Shown: positions 17,587 to 25,259 of the stretch, one piece after another
Layout of the letters: each line of letters begins with the position of its first letter
Numbering within the stretch: position 1 is the stretch's first letter
Assembly (NCBI GenBank): GCA_035251855.1
Contig: DATFDV010000091.1
Span: forward strand, 1 to 46,052
Length of the DNA: 46,052 nucleotides
Origin: Burkholderiales bacterium
Lineage (GTDB): Bacteria; Pseudomonadota; Gammaproteobacteria; Burkholderiales; SG8-39
Reading direction: 5' to 3'
Translations under genes and position numbers: made by a program
Notes under the pieces: model-generated
Told to the model about the DNA's origin: nothing
What the model saw: the letters and a program-made list of their open reading frames with translations, nothing else
The model's database searches: none

Positions 17587-18573
17587 TTATTTCAGTGCGT
17601 TGATCTTCTCCAGCATCCCTTTCGGCCACGCCTTCGCCTCGTCGGAGGCGAGGTAGACCTTCTGCGCGTGCGCGCGGAAAGCATTCTGGTCGGGGGTGTA
17701 GATCTGCAGCCCGCCCTTGCGGAACTCGTCGGCCAGCTCCTTCTCGCGCTTCAGGTGCTCGGCGGTGCTCCAGGCGATCGCCTTGTCGGCGGCGGCCTGG
17801 AAGGCCTTCTGCTGGGCCGGCGACATCGAGCTCCAGGTCTTCAGGTTGACCGTGAGCAGGTCGAAGCCGACCAGGTGCGAGGTCAGCACGATCTGCGACA
17901 TCACCTCGTAGAACTTCATGTTCTGCACGTTGGGCAGCGGGTTGTCCTGGCCGTCGATCGAGCCGGTCTGCAGGCCGGTGTAGACCTCCGCATATGCCAT
18001 CGGCGTCGGGTTGGCGCCGAGCGAGCGCCCGAGCAGCTGCCACGCATCGCCGCCGGGCATGCGCAGCTTGATGCCGGCCATGTCCGCGGGCGTGTTGATT
18101 TTCTTGTTCGGCTTCAGGCCCACCTGGCGCGTACCGAAGAACGTCGGCCCGAGGATCTTCACCTTCACCTGGTCCTCGGCCATCTTCTTCATCTCGGCGC
18201 CCAGGTTGCTCGCGAAGAAGGCGTTGAGGTGATTCGCGTCGCGGAAGAGGTACGCCGAGGTCAGGATCGACCATGCCGGCACCTGCTTGGAGATGTCCTG
18301 TGGCGCGATGTTGCCCATCTCGAGGTTGTCGCGCTGCAGCGCCACCAGCTCGGTGCCCTGCTTGAACAGCGAGCCGTTCAGGAACATCTCGACCTTGAAA
18401 TCCTTCTCCACTTCCTTCGCGAAGAGCTGCATCATGTTCGCCCGGATGTCCTTGTCCGAGAACACCGCGGCGAAACGCAAGGTTTTCGCCTGACCCCAAG
18501 CGGGAGAAGCGAGCGGCAGTGCCGACGCGGCGGCGAGCGCGGCGCCCGCCTTCAGTAACAAACGACGATTCAT
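17587..18573 (-). CDS. dctP: TRAP transporter substrate-binding protein (DctP family) with a twin-arginine-type signal peptide
   Basis: From ATG 18573: MNRRLLLKAGAALAAASALPLASPAWGQAKTLRFAAVFS..., then DctP-family motifs (FGTRQ, GIKLRMPG, YTGLQTGSIDGQDNP). 329 codons. The rest of the 789 aa track ORF is spurious. Confidence 0.9.
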   Translation of the reverse strand: MNRRLLLKAGAALAAASALPLASPAWGQAKTLRFAAVFSDKDIRANMMQLFAKEVEKDFKVEMFLNGSLFKQGTELVALQRDNLEMGNIAPQDISKQVPAWSILTSAYLFRDANHLNAFFASNLGAEMKKMAEDQVKVKILGPTFFGTRQVGLKPNKKINTPADMAGIKLRMPGGDAWQLLGRSLGANPTPMAYAEVYTGLQTGSIDGQDNPLPNVQNMKFYEVMSQIVLTSHLVGFDLLTVNLKTWSSMSPAQQKAFQAAADKAIAWSTAEHLKREKELADEFRKGGLQIYTPDQNAFRAHAQKVYLASDEAKAWPKGMLEKINALK

Positions 18574-19247
18574 TGACTTCCTCCTCGGGTGAGATAGCTG
18601 AGAATCAAATCCGCGACCATGGCGCGGCGCTGGCCGAGATCGCCCTTCGCCCCCATCTCGCGCTGGAAAATGCTGCCGAAGGTGTACTGGTTGGTGACGT
18701 TGAACATGCCGAGCGCGGCGATCGACTTGTGGATCTCTACCGGGTCGACGTCGCGCCGGAACGTTCGCGCGGCCTGGCCGCGCTCGATCACCCGCGCCAG
18801 CCGGTCGATGATCGGCCGGTTGAGCGTGCGCATCGCCTTCGACTTGCGGAAGTGCCGGCCCTTGGCCTGGTTCTCGGCCACCACGATGCGCACGAAATAC
18901 TGGTGGGCATGGTAGTAGTCGTAGGTGAACTCGACGATGCGCCGGATCGCCTCGGCGGGCGCGAGGTGCTCGAGGTCGAGATCGCCCTCGGCCTCGCGGA
19001 TCTCTGCATACACCTGCTCCAGCACCGCGAGGTAGACCTGCTCCTTGCTGCCGAAGTAATAGTTGATCAACGCGCGCGTGGTGTGGGTGCGCGAAGCGAT
19101 CGCGTCCATGCTGGCGCCCTTGAAGCCGCGCGAGGCGAACTCGTCGATCGCCGCCTGCAGGATGCGGGCGCGGTTGGCCTGCGGCGCCTTGGGCTTGCGC
19201 ATCGCCGCGGTGCGCCGGGCCGGCTCGGCTCTTGGAATTAACGACAT
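18570..19247 (-). CDS. TetR/AcrR family transcriptional regulator
   Basis: 225 aa. The N-terminal HTH is RARILQAAIDEFASRGFKGASMDAIASRTHTTRALINYYFGSKEQVY. Its stop overlaps the dctP start (ATGA). First gene of the minus-strand operon. Confidence 0.9.
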   Translation of the reverse strand: MSLIPRAEPARRTAAMRKPKAPQANRARILQAAIDEFASRGFKGASMDAIASRTHTTRALINYYFGSKEQVYLAVLEQVYAEIREAEGDLDLEHLAPAEAIRRIVEFTYDYYHAHQYFVRIVVAENQAKGRHFRKSKAMRTLNRPIIDRLARVIERGQAARTFRRDVDPVEIHKSIAALGMFNVTNQYTFGSIFQREMGAKGDLGQRRAMVADLILSYLTRGGSQ

Positions 19248-19278
19248 TGCAAGGTAAATTTAACAGGGTCGACAATTC
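19235..19278. promoter_or_regulatory. Imperfect inverted repeat in the tetR / catabolic-operon divergent control region (candidate TetR operator)
   Basis: GAATTAACGAC (19235-19245) and GTCGACAATTC (19268-19278) are reverse complements at 9 of 11 positions. They bracket the whole 37 bp intergenic spacer between the tetR start (19247) and the plus-strand start (19285). Confidence 0.3.
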
Positions 19279-19284
19279 AGGGCA

Positions 19285-20145
19285 ATGCCGATGACCGTGC
19301 AGGAGCAGCTCCCCGAGCCGTCGAATCCGGTCGGCATCGACGGCCTCGAGTTCATCGAGTTCGCCACCGCCCAGCCGCAGGCGCTCGGCGCGCTCTTGCA
19401 GAGGATGGGCTTCCAGCCGGTGGCGCGGCACCGCTCGCGCGAAGTGACGCTCTACCGCCAGGGGGCGATGAACATGATCGTCAACTCGCACGGCGTCCAG
19501 GAAGCGACGCCGGAGCTGAAGGCCATCGCTCTGCGGGTGCGTGACGCCGGGCAGGCGTGGGCCCACGCACTCGCCCTGGGTGCGTGGGAGATGCCGACGC
19601 GGGCGTCGGCCATGGAGCTCAACATCCCCGGTATCCACGGTGTCGGCGACAGCCTGATCTACTTCGTCGACCGCTACCGCGATTTCTCGATCTACGACGT
19701 CGACTTCGTCTACGAGGCTCATGCCGAGCGCCAGCCGCCGCCGCTGGCCGGCCTGCACTACTTCGGCGTGGTGCAAAGCATCTACGGCGATCGCACGCGC
19801 GACTGGGTGGATTTCTACCGTCACCTGTTCGGCTTCTCGGTGCTGCCCGAGGGGGAGTACTTCGGCGTGCTGCCGAAGGGGACCCTGCTCGAAAGCCCGT
19901 GCCACAAGTTCTACCTGCAGCTGATCGAGCCGCCGCCGGGCGCCGACGAGATCCATTGGGAAGAGGCGCTGGTGCGCATCGGCCTCGGCGCCCCGGACGT
20001 CCCCGCGGCCACCAAGGCGCTCAAGGACCGCGGGGTGGTGTTCGTCGATCGCGGTCCGGTGCAGCCGAGCGAGAAAGGTGCGCTGACGCAGGTCTACCTA
20101 GGCGGTGTCACCTTTGAACTGGTCGTTAGCCACTTGAAGCCATGA
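19285..20145 (+). CDS. 4-hydroxyphenylpyruvate-dioxygenase-like VOC-fold protein (equivalent to the C-terminal domain of fused QuiC1/QsuB dehydroshikimate dehydratases)
   Basis: The N-terminal half aligns by eye with HPPD (GIDGLEFIEFATAQPQALGALLQRMGFQPVARHRSREVTLYRQGAMNMIVN; MELNIPGIHGVGDSLIYFVDRY...IYDVDFVY). It is shorter than HPPD (286 aa). Its stop overlaps the next start (ATGA 20142-20145). Confidence 0.75.
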   Translation: MPMTVQEQLPEPSNPVGIDGLEFIEFATAQPQALGALLQRMGFQPVARHRSREVTLYRQGAMNMIVNSHGVQEATPELKAIALRVRDAGQAWAHALALGAWEMPTRASAMELNIPGIHGVGDSLIYFVDRYRDFSIYDVDFVYEAHAERQPPPLAGLHYFGVVQSIYGDRTRDWVDFYRHLFGFSVLPEGEYFGVLPKGTLLESPCHKFYLQLIEPPPGADEIHWEEALVRIGLGAPDVPAATKALKDRGVVFVDRGPVQPSEKGALTQVYLGGVTFELVVSHLKP

Positions 20146-21011
20146 ACCTCGATCACTTCGGCATGGATACGATCACGCTCGCCGGACCGCTCGAGGCCAG
20201 GCTCGCCGCGATCCGCGCCGCGGGCTTCACCCAGGTGATGCTCAACGCCAACGACCTCGCCGGCCATCCCGGCGGGGTGCCGGCGGCGATCGAGGCGGTG
20301 CGCAGGAGCGGGCTGCGCGTCACCGGCTTCCAGGTGCTGCGCGACTTCGAGGGACTGTCGGGCCACCTGCACGCCTACAAGGTCGATATTGCCAAGGCGA
20401 TGCTGCAGATGTGCCACGACCTCGGCGCGCGCGTGCTGTTGGCGTGCTCGTCCACTTCGTCGCACGCGACCAATGAACCCGATTTTCTGGTCAGGGATCT
20501 GCAAAAACTAGCGATGCTGGCGGTGCCGTATGGCATCCGCATAGCGTATGAAGCCCTTTCCTGGGGACGGCACGTGAGCGAATACACCCAGGCCTGGGAC
20601 CTGGTGGCCGAGGCCGACCGCGCCAACCTCGGCCTGGCGATCGACTCGTTCCACATCCTCGCCACCGGCACCAGCGCCGAGCGGCTGGAGGAAATCGTCG
20701 CCGGCAAGATCTTCCTGGTGCAGCTCGCCGATTTCATGTGGCGCGAGATCCGCTCGCGCGAGGAGCGCATCGACACCGCGCGCCATTTCCGCGTGTTCCC
20801 GGGCGAAGGCGTGCACGGCGCCGAAGTCTCCGCGCTGGTGCGCACCCTCGACCGCCTGGGCTACCGCGGCGATTACAGCTTCGAGGTGTTCAACGACGAC
20901 TACACCCAGCTGCCGCACGCGGTGGTGGCCGAGCGCGCCCGCCGCTCGGTAAAATGGCTGACCGACCAGGTGTCGCGGCGCAGCCTGCCGCTGCGCGGGG
21001 CCGCGCGTTGA
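20142..21011 (+). CDS. quiC: 3-dehydroshikimate dehydratase catalytic domain (xylose-isomerase-like TIM barrel, QuiC/QsuB N-domain type)
   Basis: Motifs match fused dehydroshikimate dehydratases: AAIRAAGFTQV, FQVLRDFEG, YEALSWGRHV, DSFHIL, KIFLVQLADF, RHFRVFPGEG, YSFEVFNDD. Confidence 0.8.
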   Translation: MNLDHFGMDTITLAGPLEARLAAIRAAGFTQVMLNANDLAGHPGGVPAAIEAVRRSGLRVTGFQVLRDFEGLSGHLHAYKVDIAKAMLQMCHDLGARVLLACSSTSSHATNEPDFLVRDLQKLAMLAVPYGIRIAYEALSWGRHVSEYTQAWDLVAEADRANLGLAIDSFHILATGTSAERLEEIVAGKIFLVQLADFMWREIRSREERIDTARHFRVFPGEGVHGAEVSALVRTLDRLGYRGDYSFEVFNDDYTQLPHAVVAERARRSVKWLTDQVSRRSLPLRGAAR

Positions 21012-21023
21012 AGCAACCGCCAC

Positions 21024-22139
21024 ATGCAATCACTACGTCTCTACGACGAGCTCACCGCCGCGCGCAGCCGCTTCCTGCGCGTCGACGAGCTTTGCCGCCG
21101 CGCCGCTGAGAATGGCGCCCTTCCCTCGGCCGAGGCGCTGGCGGCCGAAGCACGCCTTCCGCTCAAAGAAAAGACCGGGCTGGAAAAAGCGCAGGGCCAG
21201 TTCCTTGCCGACATCCTGTCGAACCCGGTGGCAGGGACACATCTCTGCCATGCGATGTTGCTGCCCAGAGAAGATTCAAAACAAAAACTCGAGCAGTACC
21301 AGCGCGACGGCGAACTGGATCTGGGCGCGGTGCACCTCCAGCGCCACGGCAAAGCCTCGATCCTCACCACGCGCAATCCGCGCTACCTCAACGCGGAGGA
21401 CGAGACGACGATCGACGCCACCGAGATGGCGGTCGACCTCGCGCTGCTCGACCCGAAGACCGAGGTGTGCGTGCTGCGCGGCGATGTGGTCACGCACAGC
21501 AAGCACGCCGGCCGGCGCCTGTTCGGCGCGGGCATCAACCTCACGCACCTGTACGAGGGGAAGATCCGTTATCTCTGGTATCTGATCCGCGACCTGGGCT
21601 TCGTCAACAAGATCTACCGCGGCCTTGCTTTTTCGGACCGGAACCCGGAAGAGGCGTCCAGCGAAAAGCTCTGGATCGCCGCGCTCGAGGGCTTCGCCAT
21701 CGGCGGCCATTGCCAGGTGCTGCTGACGATGGACTACACCATCGCTGCCGAAGACGCGTACCTCACGCTGCCCGCGCGCAAGGAAGGCATCATCCCGGGC
21801 GCCGCCAACCTGCGCCTGCCGCGCTTCGTCGGCGACCGCATCGCGCGCCAGGCGATCTTCGCGGAGCGGCGCATCGACTGCGACAGCGCGGAGGGGCGCA
21901 TGATTTGCGATGAGATCGTGCCGGCGCAGAAAATGGACCCCGCGGTTGCGGCCATTGTCGAAAGACTCACCTCGTCGGGAGTGGTTAGCGCCGCCGGCAA
22001 TCGCCGCGCGTTCCGCGCCGGCGAGGAGCCGCTCGACGATTTCCGCCGCTATATGGGGGTGTACGCGCGGGAGCAGGCATACTGTCACTTCAGCCCGGCG
22101 CTGGTGGACAACCTGGAACGAAACTGGAAGAAAAAATGA
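21024..22139 (+). CDS. Crotonase-superfamily protein with an N-terminal helical extension (DpgC-like architecture); function unknown
   Basis: 371 aa. RLFGAGINLTHL and EGFAIGGHCQVLLTMDYTIAAEDAYLTLPARKEGIIPG correspond to the two oxyanion-hole segments of the enoyl-CoA hydratase/isomerase fold. They are preceded by about 110 aa not found in ordinary hydratases. Confidence 0.6.
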   Translation: MQSLRLYDELTAARSRFLRVDELCRRAAENGALPSAEALAAEARLPLKEKTGLEKAQGQFLADILSNPVAGTHLCHAMLLPREDSKQKLEQYQRDGELDLGAVHLQRHGKASILTTRNPRYLNAEDETTIDATEMAVDLALLDPKTEVCVLRGDVVTHSKHAGRRLFGAGINLTHLYEGKIRYLWYLIRDLGFVNKIYRGLAFSDRNPEEASSEKLWIAALEGFAIGGHCQVLLTMDYTIAAEDAYLTLPARKEGIIPGAANLRLPRFVGDRIARQAIFAERRIDCDSAEGRMICDEIVPAQKMDPAVAAIVERLTSSGVVSAAGNRRAFRAGEEPLDDFRRYMGVYAREQAYCHFSPALVDNLERNWKKK

Positions 22140-22582
22140 AAATCCTCGTGCTGCACGGCCCCAATCTGAATCTGTTCGGCCGGCGCGAGCCGCACATCTA
22201 CGGCACGATGACGCTCGCCGAGATCAACGACAAGCTGCAGGCGCTGGCGCGCGAGCTCAAGGTGGAGCTCGAGATCCTGCAGTCGAACCACGAAGGCGAG
22301 CTGGTCGACTTCCTGCACAAGAACATGGACAGCGCCGCCGGCGGCATCGTCAATCCGGCCGGCCTCACCCAGCACGGCGTCTCGCTGCACGACGCGATCA
22401 AGGCGATGCCCTTTCCGATGGCCGAGGTGCACATGTCGAACATCGCCGCGCGCGAGGAGTGGCGCCACCACTCGATCATTTCGTCGGCGGTAAAAGGCAC
22501 GGTGCAGGGCTTCGGCTGGCGCTCCTACGCCAACGCGCTGCGCGCGATCGTCGACATCGCCCGGGAAGCGAAAAAAACCTGA
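22136..22582 (+). CDS. aroQ: Type II 3-dehydroquinate dehydratase
   Basis: 148 aa. MKILVLHGPNLNLFGRREPHIYG, LQSNHEGELVD, NPAGLTQHGVSLHDA and EVHMSNI are hallmark type II DHQase motifs. Its ATG overlaps the upstream stop (ATGA). Confidence 0.95.
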   Translation: MKILVLHGPNLNLFGRREPHIYGTMTLAEINDKLQALARELKVELEILQSNHEGELVDFLHKNMDSAAGGIVNPAGLTQHGVSLHDAIKAMPFPMAEVHMSNIAAREEWRHHSIISSAVKGTVQGFGWRSYANALRAIVDIAREAKKT

Positions 22583-24480
22583 ATCTCGACGTCATCTGCA
22601 TCGGCCGCTGCTCGGTCGACCTGTACGGCCAGCAGATCGGCTCGCGCCTCGAGGACATTGCCACCTTCGCCAAGTCGGTCGGCGGCTCGCCGGCCAACAT
22701 GGCGATCGGCACCTCGCGCCTGGGCCTGAGGGCCGGCCTCATCACCCGCATCGGCGACGAGCAGATGGGGCGCTTCGTGCTCGAGCAGATGCGCCGCGAA
22801 GGCGTCGCGCTCGAGGGCATCCGCACGGACCCGCAGCGCCTCACCGCGCTGGTGCTGCTCGCGGTCGAGGACGAAGGCGTCTCGCCGACCATCTTCTACC
22901 GCAGCGATTGCGCCGACATGGCGCTTGGCGAGGAGGACATCGAGGAGGCGTTCATCGCCTCGTCGCGCGCGGTGGTGGTGACCGGCACCCACTTCTCGCG
23001 GCCGAACAGCGACGCTGCGCAGCGCAAGGCGATCCGCATCGCCAAGGCCAACGGCCGCAAGGTCGCTTTCGACATCGATTACCGGCCCACGCTCTGGGGG
23101 CTGACCGGCCATGCCGGCGGCTTCGAGCGCTACGTCAAGTCGGATTCGGTTTCTCAGAAACTCAAAACCATTCTCCCCGACTGCGACCTCGTCGTCGGCA
23201 CCGAGGAAGAGGTGATGATCGCCGGCGGCGCCGACACCCCGCTCGAGGCGCTGAAGGCGATCCGTGCGCTGTCGGGCGCGATCATCGTGCTGAAGCGCGG
23301 GCCGATGGGCTGCGTGGTTTTTGAAAAAGAAATCGCGAGCCTTGACGACGGCATCGTCGGCAAAGGGTTCCCGATCGAGGTGTACAACGTGCTCGGCGCC
23401 GGCGACGCCTTCATGTCGGGCTTCCTGCGCGGCTGGCTGAAGGGCGAGCCGCTGGCCACCGCCGCGACCTGGGCGAATGCCTGCGGGGCCTTCGCGGTCT
23501 CGCGCCTGCTCTGCTCGCCGGAATATCCGACCTGGGCCGAGCTGAATCACTTCCTCAAGCAGGGCAGCCCGCATCGCGCCCTGCGCAAGGACGCCGCGAT
23601 CAATCAACTCCACTGGGCGACGACGCGGCGCAGCCAGCCCGAGTCGCTGATGGCGCTGGCGATCGATCATCGCGCCCAGCTCGAAGCGCTGGCCGATCGC
23701 CATGGCGCGCCGCGTACCCGCCTGGAGCACTTCAAGCTTCTCGCGGTCGAAGCAACCACAAAGGTGGCTGGCGGCCAGCCCGGCTTCGGCATGCTGCTCG
23801 ATTCGACCTATGGCCAGAAGGCCCTATACAAGGCAGCGAAGGCCGGCCTGTGGCTCGCGCGGCCGGTCGAAAAGCCCGGCTCCCGCCCGCTGGATCTCGA
23901 AGCATTCAACCTGGCCGAATGGCCGGTGACGCACACCGTGAAATGCCTCTGCTTCTACCACCCGGGCGACGATGAAGAGCTGAAGGTGCGTCAGGAGCGC
24001 GAGCTCCTGCGGGTCAGCGATGCCGCGCGCACCGCCGGCCGCGAGCTGCTGATCGAGATCATCGCCGGCAAGCACGGCGCTCTTACCGACGCGACGGTGG
24101 CCGCGGTGCTCGAGCGTCTCTATGCGCTCGGCATCAAGCCCGACTGGTGGAAGCTCGAGCCGCAGAAGACCGCGGCGGCCTGGCGCGCAATCGAAAAGAC
24201 AGTAGAAATGTATGACCCCTATTGTCGCGGCATCGTGATGCTCGGCCTGGAAGCGCCGCAGCGCGAGCTCGCGGCGGCCTTTGGCATTGCCTCGGGTACA
24301 AAGCTCGTCAAAGGCTTCGCAGTGGGCCGCACCATCTTCGCCGACGCCGCGGACAGGTGGCTGTCGGGCAGAATGACCGACCAGGAAGCCGTCGCCGACA
24401 TGGCGGCCAGGTTCGAGAGCCTGGTTTCGATATGGAAAGAGACCCAGCATGTCCAAGCTGCTCGTAAAACCGCAGGCTGA
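22579..24480 (+). CDS. iolC: 5-dehydro-2-deoxygluconokinase fused to a DUF2090 (2-deoxy-5-keto-gluconate-6-phosphate aldolase-like) domain; start unresolved
   Basis: PfkB kinase motifs (LDVICIGRCSVDLYGQQIGSRLEDIATFAKSVGGSPAN; NVLGAGDAFMSGFLRGW), then the C-terminal domain typical of proteobacterial IolC. There is no ATG/GTG/TTG near the conserved N-terminus. CTG 22579 overlaps the aroQ TGA. The nearest canonical start, GTG 22459, would overlap aroQ by 124 nt. Confidence 0.87.
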   Translation: MNLDVICIGRCSVDLYGQQIGSRLEDIATFAKSVGGSPANMAIGTSRLGLRAGLITRIGDEQMGRFVLEQMRREGVALEGIRTDPQRLTALVLLAVEDEGVSPTIFYRSDCADMALGEEDIEEAFIASSRAVVVTGTHFSRPNSDAAQRKAIRIAKANGRKVAFDIDYRPTLWGLTGHAGGFERYVKSDSVSQKLKTILPDCDLVVGTEEEVMIAGGADTPLEALKAIRALSGAIIVLKRGPMGCVVFEKEIASLDDGIVGKGFPIEVYNVLGAGDAFMSGFLRGWLKGEPLATAATWANACGAFAVSRLLCSPEYPTWAELNHFLKQGSPHRALRKDAAINQLHWATTRRSQPESLMALAIDHRAQLEALADRHGAPRTRLEHFKLLAVEATTKVAGGQPGFGMLLDSTYGQKALYKAAKAGLWLARPVEKPGSRPLDLEAFNLAEWPVTHTVKCLCFYHPGDDEELKVRQERELLRVSDAARTAGRELLIEIIAGKHGALTDATVAAVLERLYALGIKPDWWKLEPQKTAAAWRAIEKTVEMYDPYCRGIVMLGLEAPQRELAAAFGIASGTKLVKGFAVGRTIFADAADRWLSGRMTDQEAVADMAARFESLVSIWKETQHVQAARKTAG

Positions 24481-25246
24481 GCGCGGCCAGGTCATCCACA
24501 TCACGCCGCAGAGCGCCGGCTGGCGCCACGTCGGCTTCGATGTCCACAAGCTCGCCGCCGGGGAAAGCGTCGCGGCGAAGACCAGCGAGCGCGAGGTTTG
24601 CCTCGTCCTCGTCTCCGGGAAGGCGAGGATCACGGCCGGCGGCAAAGACTTCGGCGTCCTCGGCGAGCGCATGACGCCATTCGAGGGCAAGCCGCACTCG
24701 GTCTACGTGCCCGGCGGCAGCGACTGGCGCGTCGAGGCGACCACCGAGCTTACGCTGGCGGTCTGCTCGGCGCCATCGACCGGCGGCAAGCTCGCCCCGC
24801 GGCACATCGCGCCGCAGGACACCGGGCAGGAAACGCGCGGCAAGGGCACCAACGTGCGCTATGTCACCAATATCCTGCCGGAGACCGCGCCGGCGGATTC
24901 GCTGCTGGTGGTGGAAGTGATCACCCCGGGCGGACATACCTCGAGCTACCCGCCGCACAAGCACGACCAGGACAATTTGCCGCTGGAGTCGCTGCTCGAG
25001 GAAACCTATTACCACCGCCTCAACCCGCCACAGGGCTTCGCTTTCCAGCGCGTCTATACGGACGACCGCTCGCTCGACGAGGCCATCGTCGTCGAGGACG
25101 GCAGCGTGGTGATGGTGCCGCGCGGCTACCACCCGACGGCCGCAATCCACGGCTACGACCTCTATTACCTGAATGTCATGGCTGGTCCGCGCCGCATCTG
25201 GAAATTTCACAATGCGCGGGAGCACGAGTGGCTGGTGAAGGGCTGA
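24449..25246 (+). CDS. iolB: 5-deoxy-glucuronate isomerase
   Basis: 265 aa with IolB/KduI-type cupin motifs (GHTSSYPPHKHD, EETYYHRLNPPQGFAFQRVYTDD, VMVPRGYHP, YYLNVMAGP). Overlaps the iolC 3' end by 32 nt. Confidence 0.9.
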   Translation: MSKLLVKPQAERGQVIHITPQSAGWRHVGFDVHKLAAGESVAAKTSEREVCLVLVSGKARITAGGKDFGVLGERMTPFEGKPHSVYVPGGSDWRVEATTELTLAVCSAPSTGGKLAPRHIAPQDTGQETRGKGTNVRYVTNILPETAPADSLLVVEVITPGGHTSSYPPHKHDQDNLPLESLLEETYYHRLNPPQGFAFQRVYTDDRSLDEAIVVEDGSVVMVPRGYHPTAAIHGYDLYYLNVMAGPRRIWKFHNAREHEWLVKG

Positions 25247-25259
25247 CAATCCACCCTTC

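Noticed and set aside
18574-19956. The N-terminal part of the 789 aa minus-strand ORF (17587-19956).
   Set aside because: It overlaps tetR in another frame and is antisense to the HPPD-like gene. DctP homology with its signal peptide starts at ATG 18573.
21910-22578. The 5' extension of the iolC frame through the crotonase and aroQ genes.
   Set aside because: The translation is Arg/Ala-rich nonsense overlapping two well-supported genes in other frames. IolC homology starts at about 22579.
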